A stretch of DNA of 64,000 bases, taken from an uncultured Methanolobus sp. (lineage in GTDB: Archaea; Halobacteriota; Methanosarcinia; Methanosarcinales; Methanosarcinaceae). Positions within the stretch are counted from its first letter, which is position 1. The number at the start of each line of letters is the position of its first letter. This document shows positions 30,480 to 39,693 of this stretch, piece by piece. The notes below the pieces were generated by a model. It saw only the letters and a program-made list of their open reading frames with translations, searched no databases and was not told the origin of the DNA. The translations under genes were made by a program, and so were the position numbers. The stretch lies in assembly GCA_963675495.1 (NCBI GenBank), contig OY776215.1, positions 1,024,001-1,088,000 of the forward strand. Reading direction: 5' to 3'.

Positions 30480-31679
30480 ATGACAAAATCACTTTCCATT
30501 CAGCAAGCCAGAAAACTGGTGTTGCTCTCACAGAGACTGCCTCCAACAAAACAAACCGGTGGTGCAATTACCGCCACGCTGTCAGCTATTGAACATCTTG
30601 GTTATGTCCAGATAGACACGATCTCGGCCGTCCAGCGTGCACACCATCATACCCTATGGAATCGCAACCCTCGCTACGACCTTTCTCACATCGATCAACT
30701 GCTTGCTGACAAAAAAATCTTTGAATACTGGTCTCATGCTGCCGCTTACCTGCCCATGTATGATTACCGCTACACCTTACCTCGCAAACAGGCCATTGCA
30801 AACGGGGATCTGAATCACTGGTATGAGCGTGATGAGAAGCTGATGAGATCGATGCTCAAACGTATTGCTGATGAAGGGCCATTGATGGCTAAAGACTTTG
30901 AACATACTGGTGAAAAAATCGGCGAATGGACGATAAAACCCACTAAAATCGCCTTAGAATATCTGTTTATGCAGGGCGACCTCATGGTCCCTGGCCGGGT
31001 TAATTTTCACAAGGTTTATGACCTCACCGAACGGGTATTGCCTGAGGATATAGACACTTCCATGCCCACTCCAGAGGAATATGCTCGTTTTCTGATCACA
31101 CGATATCTGCAATCAAATGGACTGGGGCAGGCTACCGAAATAACATATTTACTGAAAAACACCAAATCGCTTGTTTCTCTTACCTTACAGGAAATGGTTT
31201 CAAGTGGGGAGTTGCTACAGATTAGTGTCGGTGATACTAGCTATTATGCGTTACCAGCTTCACTTGAACTGTTGAGTAAAACGCTGGCTCGCAGTAAACT
31301 TAAAATTCTATCACCATTTGATAATCTGCTCATCCAGCGCAAGCGCATGCAGACATTGTTTGGCTTTGACTATCAGGTCGAATGCTATGTCCCTAAAGCT
31401 AAACGTCAATACGGCTATTTCTCTTTACCCATTTTATGGGATGGAAAACTGGTTGCACGCATGGACTGCAAAGCCGATAGAAAAGAATCATTGTTGCATA
31501 TTCATCATCTTGCACTGGAACCCTGGCTTGTAAAAACTGAAGCTTTTTCCATTGCCCTGTATAAAGAACTTGTATCCTTCATGCAGTTTAATAACTGTAG
31601 TAATCTTCAATTACACAGAACCTCCCCTGCTGAATTTAAACCAATACTGGAAACTGCAATCAACAGCTTGATGAAATGA
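30480..31679 (+). CDS. YcaQ/AlkZ (HTH_42) crosslink-repair DNA glycosylase family
   Basis: QIDT catalytic motif, FEYWSH, LSPFDNL, RQYGYFSLPIL. Confidence 0.88.
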   Translation: MTKSLSIQQARKLVLLSQRLPPTKQTGGAITATLSAIEHLGYVQIDTISAVQRAHHHTLWNRNPRYDLSHIDQLLADKKIFEYWSHAAAYLPMYDYRYTLPRKQAIANGDLNHWYERDEKLMRSMLKRIADEGPLMAKDFEHTGEKIGEWTIKPTKIALEYLFMQGDLMVPGRVNFHKVYDLTERVLPEDIDTSMPTPEEYARFLITRYLQSNGLGQATEITYLLKNTKSLVSLTLQEMVSSGELLQISVGDTSYYALPASLELLSKTLARSKLKILSPFDNLLIQRKRMQTLFGFDYQVECYVPKAKRQYGYFSLPILWDGKLVARMDCKADRKESLLHIHHLALEPWLVKTEAFSIALYKELVSFMQFNNCSNLQLHRTSPAEFKPILETAINSLMK

Positions 31680-31898
31680 TTTTTTGGTATTAAGGCGACT
31701 ATCGTTGTCCAGGCTAAAATGGGAGCAAACACCTGTCTACTAAGGTATTTCTATTCATGATGACCAAGTCCTGTTTTAGTTCCTGAATTTGGAATAATGT
31801 TTAATTACAAGATGCCATTCATTTGAACATTTGCTATCCAAATAATGAACATCATCTATTCTACGAATCATCACACAATGCAAAAATAAATAAAAATA

Positions 31899-31924
31899 TT
31901 TAATGGTGTAGCTACACCATTAAA
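31899..31924. terminator. perfect 26-bp palindrome between convergent genes
   Basis: TTTAATGGTGTAG/CTACACCATTAAA. Confidence 0.55.
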
Positions 31925-31939
31925 CTTTGAATGATGTTT

Positions 31940-33151
31940 TTATTGTTGTTCTCTTTTCAGAATCAGACCCATCAGTGATACCAGGCCAATTGCCATGAAT
32001 ATGCTGAAGCCAGGTGTTTTATCAACAGGTTCAGATTCAGAATCAGGTTCAACTTCAGTTTCAATTGGCGTTTCTGCAGAAGCACCAATGCCCATGAACC
32101 CAAGATAGTTAGTATCGAATTTGATGGTCTTTGCTTCCATATCCAGTACTGAATCTTCTATTTCATTCCACTGTTCGGTTTCACGATCATATGAGAATGC
32201 TTTGAGAGTAAACTCATTTACCTGTCCGAAAGGAACACGGTGCTGGTCACCAATGAAATACGCTCCTGAAAGATCTTCACTGGTATATGATATGGTAACA
32301 CTGGCTGGAACCTCAAGCACTTCTATTACAGGATTCGTGTATACATCTACACCAACTATTATTGCATCAGTTCCCTCTGGTAGATTTGTTGGATCAGGTG
32401 TGGACATGTGTGACAGTGGTCGAATGAACACATTTGCAGTTTCATAGAGTGATCCTTCCCTGAAACTGATCTTTGTATTCCTAAATTCTATATTACCACC
32501 TGCTGGTGCTATGGTGCCGTTACCAGTGCTTGCTTTTCGAATAATGGTTCCATTCTTGGATTCATTTTTATCGCTAGCTGAAAGTGTAGCATTGTGATTC
32601 CCCGGACTTACAGGATCTTCCAGATTACCCGTATCTGTTCCATCATTGGTATGCCTCATTCGCAACACATGGCCAAACTCATGCATAGCTACCACAACAG
32701 GATCAAGACTATTGTTTCCGGTTATGTTCCAACCGGATGGTGCTTTTCCATTCCACAGTTCATCAGAAAGGTTTGTGTCGAATACTATTGACAGGTTGGA
32801 TATACGGCCATTGGCATCCCTTGAATTAAAATCAGTTGCATGAGCACCACCTGAATTCTCCGATGCAGGTATGTCTTTCAATATGATGGTCACCTGACAT
32901 GGAACTGTGGCACTTTCAGTTAGCTTCCATCCTGTTTCTGCATCATTCCAGTTCTTTGCTGCATCTCTTGTCCAGTTCTTCCATTGGTCTGTCACGTTTG
33001 AATCAAAGCAATAGTGAACCTCTGTTTTATACTGGCTTTTGTTGTCTACTGTGACATTATGCCAGTCCCAGCTGTCATCAAATTCAGCACTAACAGGTAA
33101 TGACATCACGATTAACCCCAATAGTACAAGTACTACGTATTTCATTTTCAT
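31940..33151 (-). CDS. secreted zinc metalloprotease-like protein with PGF-CTERM sorting signal
   Basis: Signal peptide, HEFGHVLRMRH, TPGF-TM-KR end; AAGGAG RBS. Confidence 0.78.
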   Translation of the reverse strand: MKMKYVVLVLLGLIVMSLPVSAEFDDSWDWHNVTVDNKSQYKTEVHYCFDSNVTDQWKNWTRDAAKNWNDAETGWKLTESATVPCQVTIILKDIPASENSGGAHATDFNSRDANGRISNLSIVFDTNLSDELWNGKAPSGWNITGNNSLDPVVVAMHEFGHVLRMRHTNDGTDTGNLEDPVSPGNHNATLSASDKNESKNGTIIRKASTGNGTIAPAGGNIEFRNTKISFREGSLYETANVFIRPLSHMSTPDPTNLPEGTDAIIVGVDVYTNPVIEVLEVPASVTISYTSEDLSGAYFIGDQHRVPFGQVNEFTLKAFSYDRETEQWNEIEDSVLDMEAKTIKFDTNYLGFMGIGASAETPIETEVEPDSESEPVDKTPGFSIFMAIGLVSLMGLILKREQQ

Positions 33152-33401
33152 GTACAAATATCTCCTTTGAGTTAAATACCGGGTTTTGCATAGCAAACGC
33201 TGTTTCTGAGTAAGCAAACCCGCCCCATATTGAACATGAATAATAGCAATTTAAGTTATGTGGTCAACTTAGAAAATACTATGAAAAAGACTGTATGCTG
33301 ATATCATCTACTTTACGAGTCATCATACCATAAAATGTACGATATGTTTATACACTTTTAAAGAAGAGACCCGACAGGTTCGTAAAAATTTTGGTGATTC
33401 C

Positions 33402-34349
33402 ATGAGTCAAAAGCATTCTACAAAAGGAAAAAGAAAAACACCTGAAAAACAGAAAGTTAACATCAAAATGTTGCCACTTGTTCTGGGAGTACTACTTATG
33501 ATAGCAGGTGTCATCGGAATAATTAGCAGTTCTGATGATCAGGCTAAGTGGTCTGTTTCCGACGAAGGTATTCTTTCTTACTCACAAATAGAAGATGGAC
33601 AATACACTGTAGGCGAGGTTACAACAACAGACCACAATGACTCTGTTAAAGAGGTCACATTCAAAAGCAGGGACTCTGATATTGAAGGACTGATAAGGAT
33701 ACCTGAGTCAGGTACAAGTGTACCCGGTGTTGTGGTCCTTCCCGGAGCTGGTATATCCAAAGAACGACAAACTGCTGTTCCTGGGTTGCTCTCTGAATTG
33801 GGATATGCCTCCATAACCATTGACCAGAGGAATCTTGGTGGGATAGACCCGCAGACAGACCTTGAACTTTTCATAGATGGCGAGGAGCCAGTGGAATATA
33901 TGATGATACATGATTCATTGGTGGCTGCAAATGTCCTTGGAGACCAGCCGGAAGTCAATGGCGAAAATATTGCAATGCTTGGACTTAGTAACGGTGGAAG
34001 GTTTGCCATAATCGCAACTGCGATCAACCCTGAAATAAAGGGTGTTCTGGCTATCAGTACAAGCGGATATGATACCGATACTATTCTTGTTGATGAAAAC
34101 ACAGACAAGGACGCATATCTGTTCTACAGGTCTATAGACCCTGACAATTATCTGGATAAAATTACACAACGCAGGTTTGTCATGTTCCACTCCATCAACG
34201 ACAGCATTATACCATATGAACTGGCACAACGCAGTTTTAACAAATCACCGGAACCAAAGGCATTCTACAGCATTAATGGCAGTGGCCACGGATACAGCAC
34301 ACTTATGGACCCGGGAATTGAAACGGAACTTGAACTCATATTCCTATAG
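33402..34349 (+). CDS. membrane-anchored alpha/beta hydrolase
   Basis: N-terminal TM, GLSNG nucleophile elbow, later Asp and GH. Confidence 0.82.
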   Translation: MSQKHSTKGKRKTPEKQKVNIKMLPLVLGVLLMIAGVIGIISSSDDQAKWSVSDEGILSYSQIEDGQYTVGEVTTTDHNDSVKEVTFKSRDSDIEGLIRIPESGTSVPGVVVLPGAGISKERQTAVPGLLSELGYASITIDQRNLGGIDPQTDLELFIDGEEPVEYMMIHDSLVAANVLGDQPEVNGENIAMLGLSNGGRFAIIATAINPEIKGVLAISTSGYDTDTILVDENTDKDAYLFYRSIDPDNYLDKITQRRFVMFHSINDSIIPYELAQRSFNKSPEPKAFYSINGSGHGYSTLMDPGIETELELIFL

Positions 34350-34416
34350 CTTCAACCAGTTTAGAAAATAAAAATGGGAAATAATTTCCCATCTATCCAC
34401 TTAGTTATTTATTTGT

Positions 34417-35568
34417 TTATTTTACAACAATGGTACCTTTTATTGCAGCATTGTTTGCCACACTGAATGTGTAAATACCAGGCTCCTCAAAGGTGTAAGT
34501 GAATATCTTACCGTAATAGATAGTCTGGTCATCCCACAATCCATCGTCACTTACAAGCACAACAGGAAACTTGGGTCTCTGTAGATTTCTCCAGGTAACA
34601 GTTTCTCCGGCATCAATTTCTATTGAACCGGGAGTAGCTATTCGAATAAGAAGAAACTCATTGGTGTGATCTACAATCTGCTCACGCTCCATTGAACGGA
34701 CAGGTTCGCCTGCCTCATCTCCCATCATCACTTCTGGACCTGGTGCCATCATAGCACCATTGGCAGGAGTATCAACTACCGATGTCATTCCCTTTTCTAT
34801 AACCACAACAGTTCCTGTTATTGCTGGCTTATCCTGAGCTTGGAATGTGTATGTGCCGGTTTCTTCAAAAGTGTAAGAGAATGCCTTACCATAGTAGATG
34901 GTCTGGTCATCCCAAAGTCCCTCATCACTCATAAGCACGACAGGAAACTTGGGTCTCTGTAAATTTTTCCATGTGACGGTCTCTCCTACATAGACTTCCA
35001 GTGCCGTTGGTGTTGCTACACGAACAATAAGGAAGTCATGTCCATGCGCCATTGCCTGTTCCCGCTCAGGTCCCATCGGACTGACCATCCCCGTCCTATC
35101 CCTCATCACGGCTTCCGGGCCAGGTACCATCATACTCTCCTCTTCAGAAGTGTCGATAACAGATGACATTCTTTTTTCATTAACCACAACTGTTCCGCTT
35201 ATTGCAGGATTGTCCATTGCGCTGAATGTGTAAGTACCAGGCTCTTCAAATGTGTAGGAGAATATCTTACCGTAATAGATAGTATGATCATCCCACAGTC
35301 CTTCGTCACTTATAAGCACAATCGGAAATTTGGGTCTCTGCAGATTCCTCCAGGTTACCGTATCACCCACTGAGATCTCAATCGATTCAGGAGTGGCAAC
35401 CTTGATCATCAAAACCTCATGTTTTTGTGAACTTGTTTCCACAGATTTAACAGATAGGTCCGTGACACTCACATAAGGACCATCAGCAGCCGATGACACT
35501 GCTACTAACAAAGTAGATGCTGTTATGAATACAGCTATAACTAATGCCATTGTTCTAATGTATTTCAT
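34417..35568 (-). CDS. secreted triple cupredoxin-like protein lacking copper ligands
   Basis: Three repeats GxTVTWxN..SYTFEEPGTYTF..GTVVV; signal peptide. Confidence 0.72.
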   Translation of the reverse strand: MKYIRTMALVIAVFITASTLLVAVSSAADGPYVSVTDLSVKSVETSSQKHEVLMIKVATPESIEISVGDTVTWRNLQRPKFPIVLISDEGLWDDHTIYYGKIFSYTFEEPGTYTFSAMDNPAISGTVVVNEKRMSSVIDTSEEESMMVPGPEAVMRDRTGMVSPMGPEREQAMAHGHDFLIVRVATPTALEVYVGETVTWKNLQRPKFPVVLMSDEGLWDDQTIYYGKAFSYTFEETGTYTFQAQDKPAITGTVVVIEKGMTSVVDTPANGAMMAPGPEVMMGDEAGEPVRSMEREQIVDHTNEFLLIRIATPGSIEIDAGETVTWRNLQRPKFPVVLVSDDGLWDDQTIYYGKIFTYTFEEPGIYTFSVANNAAIKGTIVVK

Positions 35569-35759
35569 AAGAAGATTCCTCCCTGAGTTCCCCTCCTCAT
35601 ATATATTTTGTACTCGATTCCATATAGCCAAAACCATAAGGATATGACAAATGATGAATGAATATTCCAATGCTTTTAGAAAAGTAGAAAGCTAGAAGAA
35701 TATGAAACATTTTTCCAATGATTATATATGCATTTAAAAGCAAAGTAGAATGGGGTTTT

Positions 35760-36629
35760 ATGCAGTCTTCTTTACTTGACACGTTATTCCTTTCTGAAAA
35801 AAGAAAGGAATTGTTACTGTTCCTGAAAGACGGTACAAAAAAATCGGATGACATAAAGGCAGCTTTTGATTTCCCCTGGAAGTCTATGATACCACAGATA
35901 AAGAGACTTGTCGAATGGGATCTGATAACCTACAATAAAGGTAGTTGTAACCTTACTATCATGGGCGATATCGTTGTCGAGAATATGGAACACTTCATGG
36001 GTACCCTGAAAACTCATGAGCAATACAGGAGCTACTGGTTGGAACACGACACTAGTCCTATACCAAAAGAGTTACTCTATAGAATAGGTGAACTTGGGCA
36101 TTGTGAAATTAGTGAACCAACCCTCCCGAATATATTTGAACAACAGGAAGAGGTGCTAAAAAGGATAGATGGTTCACAAAGAATTATGGCTTTTGTTTCT
36201 GTATATCATCCTGCACAACTTATTATATTTTCTGAATTCATGGAAAATGGGACAAAACTTGATCTGATAATGACGGAAGAAGTCTACAAAACCATCAAGG
36301 GAGAGATACAACCAAACATCAGCATTCTTCAGAATGGGAATTCAATTTTCACATCGTTGAAAAAGGAATATGAGAAAGAGATGGAGAATCTTTTCAAAGA
36401 CCAAAAGTCGAGAATATTTATTTACAGAGACAGTATGAAACCTCCATGCATCATTGTAACTGACAGATTTCTCTCACTGGCACTTCTTGACAATGAAGGG
36501 AGATATGATAATTCAAGTATCATAAGTTCCGAGTCTTCAGCAGTCTTGTGGGGAGAGAGACTTTTCAGCCATTATAGAGATAGGTCGGATAGACTGCCAG
36601 AAAAGGAAAGAGGTTCAATTAAAATGTAA
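35760..36629 (+). CDS. winged-helix regulator with methanogen DUF1724/FilR1-like C-terminal domain
   Basis: LSEKRKELLLFL, IPKELLYRIGELG, VTDRFLSL, WGERLF. Confidence 0.8.
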   Translation: MQSSLLDTLFLSEKRKELLLFLKDGTKKSDDIKAAFDFPWKSMIPQIKRLVEWDLITYNKGSCNLTIMGDIVVENMEHFMGTLKTHEQYRSYWLEHDTSPIPKELLYRIGELGHCEISEPTLPNIFEQQEEVLKRIDGSQRIMAFVSVYHPAQLIIFSEFMENGTKLDLIMTEEVYKTIKGEIQPNISILQNGNSIFTSLKKEYEKEMENLFKDQKSRIFIYRDSMKPPCIIVTDRFLSLALLDNEGRYDNSSIISSESSAVLWGERLFSHYRDRSDRLPEKERGSIKM

Positions 36630-36692
36630 GAGGATGGACTGAATACAGTCATCCAAAAAAGTGGGATATTTAATCTTTCAGATGTTACCGTT

Positions 36693-36836
36693 TTACCGTA
36701 TACGTATGAAAGCCTGACCGCATGATGAATAAAAGCCCTGTTCTTCTTTTTGTAGACCAGATGTCTCATCTGCCATTGGAATTTGCAAGCGCACACCAGT
36801 ATCATTTTTCTGTTTAGATCGCATTTCTGTAACCAT
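36693..36836 (-). CDS. 47-aa small protein (absent from ORF track)
   Basis: MVTEMRSKQ..GFYSSCGQAFIRIR; GAGGGTGA RBS, upstream TTTATATA, downstream T-run. Confidence 0.55.
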   Translation of the reverse strand: MVTEMRSKQKNDTGVRLQIPMADETSGLQKEEQGFYSSCGQAFIRIR

Positions 36837-37010
36837 AATTCACCCTCATTGCTCAAAGTATTCATTTTTTTAATACTTTTCATAGTATACTAATAATTAT
36901 ATATAAACTTTCTTTAGTTAGAACTCATGTTAAACGAATATAAGATATATGAACGCTGCATTATTTTAGATAGATAAAATACCACAATGTTTCAGAGACA
37001 GGATGAAGGC

Positions 37011-37715
37011 ATGAAAGACAAAAAGATCAAAGGTGTCATTTTTGATATGGATAATACACTTTTTGATTTTGTGAAAGCTAAAATAGCTGCCTGCACAGCC
37101 ATTGTAGAGCACATTGGTACAGGTGACCCTCATGAACTCTTAGCTTATTTTCGAAGAGGTAAATATGGCTTTGAGGACATTGAAAACATAAGCGATTATC
37201 TTGTTGAATACAAAGTATACACTCAAGAGAGATTTTATGAATGCTGTACGATATACGAGAGAGAAAAGATTAGCACCATTGAACTTTATCCTGATGTAAA
37301 AAGAACAATGATCGAACTGAAAAGCATGGAGCTGAATATAGGTATACTAACAGATGCCGACAACATAAATGCAAGTAAGAGACTTAGAAAAGTTGGTTTG
37401 TGCGGATGTTTCGATTCACTTTTCACCTTTGATCAGACAGGATGGAAGAAACCTTCACATAAACCTTTCATGTATGCATTAGATTCAATGGGACTTAACG
37501 CTCATGAGACACTGTTTGTGGGAGACAGTCTCAGGCGGGACATTGAGCCTTCAAAACAGATTGGAATGCTGGCTGTCCACGCAATATACGGCGACTGTAA
37601 TCCTTCAGTCGATAGCCAGCTTGTAGAAGAAATACCAGACCATGTGATCAATAAGTTCAGGGATCTGCTAACTATAATTCAAAATGGGAACAAGTATCAA
37701 TATGACAGAATATGA
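37011..37715 (+). CDS. HAD family hydrolase
   Basis: DMDNTL, KP, VGDS..D. Confidence 0.9.
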   Translation: MKDKKIKGVIFDMDNTLFDFVKAKIAACTAIVEHIGTGDPHELLAYFRRGKYGFEDIENISDYLVEYKVYTQERFYECCTIYEREKISTIELYPDVKRTMIELKSMELNIGILTDADNINASKRLRKVGLCGCFDSLFTFDQTGWKKPSHKPFMYALDSMGLNAHETLFVGDSLRRDIEPSKQIGMLAVHAIYGDCNPSVDSQLVEEIPDHVINKFRDLLTIIQNGNKYQYDRI

Positions 37716-38910
37716 TGTTGTTGTCGTCGGAGCCGGACCCATTGGCTCTACGGCTGCAAGATATGCCGCAATGCATGGCGCACGAACGCTGATGGTTGAA
37801 GACCATTCATTTATAGGAAGCCCCGTTGGATGCACAGGACTCCTGAGTACCCGGGCAGTCAGTGAATGTGACATAAAGCCATCGGATGATTTTGTACTTA
37901 ATTCTGTAAGAGGTGCCTTTGTGCATCCAATGACCGGATCATGCCTCCCTATCGATGGCAAAAAGACGAAGGCATACGTTGTTTCCAGAAAGATATTCGA
38001 CCGGCGCTTAGCTGCAATGACACTGGGGGAAAATGTGGACCTCTGGCTGAACTCAAAGGTGAATGCTATCGAAAAAGCGGACGGGAAACAAAAGGTATCC
38101 ATAATCAGAAATGGGCAGCCTGAAACCATAAAAGCAAATGTGGTAATTGGTGCAGATGGTGTTCGCAGCAAGGTTGCAAAGATGGCCGGACTTGGAAATG
38201 TAATTAAAGTATTGCCAGGGATACAGGCAGAAGTGCCTTATCGCTCAGATGACACGGATTTTGTAGAATTATTCGTAGGCTCACAGGCACCTGGTTTCTT
38301 TGCGTGGGCGGTTCCTGTGAACGAGAACATATCCCGCATAGGAATGGCAATAGACCCCGGACACAGGAATGCTACAGTGGCAAAGCAGCTGCTTGATAAA
38401 TTGCTGACAAATAACTCACACATTGCCTCAAGATATGGCGGTGGAAAACTTGACCTTGTGATGGGCGGAATACCACTTGGACCACTTGAGAAGACATATT
38501 CAGACGGAGTAATTGTTGTAGGAGATGCCGCAGGCCAGGTCAAACCCACATCAGGCGGCGGAATATATACGGGTGCGGTCTGTGCGAAGATAGCAGGAGA
38601 AATCGCTGCCAGAGCTGTTATTGAAGAAAATAATTCAGCGAATTACCTTTCAGAATATGACAGGAGATGGCGGGCTAAAATTGGGAAGGAGCTTGCCATG
38701 GGAATGAGGATACATCGGTTCATCGGCGGTCTTGAAGACAGTGAACTCGATGGACTTATAGGCTCGATGAACAATCCAGCTATACTTGACACAATTACGC
38801 GCTATGGAGATATGGACCATCCATCAATACTCATAAAGAAAATGTTGCACCCTTCAAAGTCAGTGCATATGTTAAAGGTCTTCAGAGCATTTGCAAAAGC
38901 TGTTCTTTGA
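37702..38910 (+). CDS. geranylgeranyl reductase family protein
   Basis: GAGPIG, VGDAAGQVKPTSGGGI. Confidence 0.9.
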   Translation: MTEYDVVVVGAGPIGSTAARYAAMHGARTLMVEDHSFIGSPVGCTGLLSTRAVSECDIKPSDDFVLNSVRGAFVHPMTGSCLPIDGKKTKAYVVSRKIFDRRLAAMTLGENVDLWLNSKVNAIEKADGKQKVSIIRNGQPETIKANVVIGADGVRSKVAKMAGLGNVIKVLPGIQAEVPYRSDDTDFVELFVGSQAPGFFAWAVPVNENISRIGMAIDPGHRNATVAKQLLDKLLTNNSHIASRYGGGKLDLVMGGIPLGPLEKTYSDGVIVVGDAAGQVKPTSGGGIYTGAVCAKIAGEIAARAVIEENNSANYLSEYDRRWRAKIGKELAMGMRIHRFIGGLEDSELDGLIGSMNNPAILDTITRYGDMDHPSILIKKMLHPSKSVHMLKVFRAFAKAVL

Positions 38911-38926
38911 ATGAAAAGTGCTCAGC

Positions 38927-39430
38927 CTAATAGATGCTTACACCCTTTACAGAATCGAGTTTGAGCAATTCTTCTACGATGCTGCCTGGAACCTTGGTAT
39001 CTGTGATGATAGTGAGCTTTGGTTCGGTGACGAAAAAAGGATCATCTGATACTGCTTGCCTGATACTGATGTTGTGCTGTGATATAACTGTGGATACCTC
39101 AGAGATTATACCTTTGTGAGAAGCATCATCCGGTGATATTATAACGACACCCTGTCCCATCAGGGGTGCCACATCACGAAGGAAGGGTATGGATCTGACA
39201 TTCTGGAAGATCTTCTTTAGCAGTTCGTCGGAAAGTATTACCTCAGTAGTTGAATCCACAACACGCCGGTCAACACCTGCTTCCCTGGCAAGCTGTGTAT
39301 GAGCTATCTCTATTGCACCAGAGGTAACCTTACCATCATCATTGACCTGAAAACCACGTTCAAAAAGAATCTTTAATACCTTTTGCTGGGCGGGGTATTT
39401 TTCGAACTTACTGAGTAATGTGCTCCACAT
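38927..39430 (-). CDS. ACT-domain regulator of amino acid metabolism (archaeal)
   Basis: GVDRRVV HTH-like segment plus C-terminal ACT (GII..ISIRQ). Confidence 0.8.
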   Translation of the reverse strand: MWSTLLSKFEKYPAQQKVLKILFERGFQVNDDGKVTSGAIEIAHTQLAREAGVDRRVVDSTTEVILSDELLKKIFQNVRSIPFLRDVAPLMGQGVVIISPDDASHKGIISEVSTVISQHNISIRQAVSDDPFFVTEPKLTIITDTKVPGSIVEELLKLDSVKGVSIY

Positions 39431-39693
39431 ATTAATCATGTAATCATTTAAATTATAAAGATTTACGGTTAAGTTAATGTGGTTCAGACTAATCAAATGT
39501 ACAAAAATTATGAAAGAAAAGACATTTTAAGTATAAGGTCGTTTATGACAGTCTACAATTCATCTTTCAATAAAGATAATAATCCGGAGTAAAATCACTT
39601 TCTTATGTGATTTTGGAATATTGATATTAACTCATTTCTACAATTGATCATAAACTCCGGGATCTTTACGATTTACACCAAAGGAGGTATTTA

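Larger units (their letters stand above)
20089..33392. mobile_element. putative degenerate genomic island at tRNA-Arg
   Basis: 20/23 direct repeat of the tRNA 3' end at 33370-33392; duplicated genes, pseudogenes, bacterial-type cargo; no integrase seen. Confidence 0.45.

Noticed and set aside
36572-36883. 103-aa minus-strand ORF from the track
   Set aside because: Overlaps the convergent regulator and lacks an RBS; the 47-aa ORF in another frame has better signals
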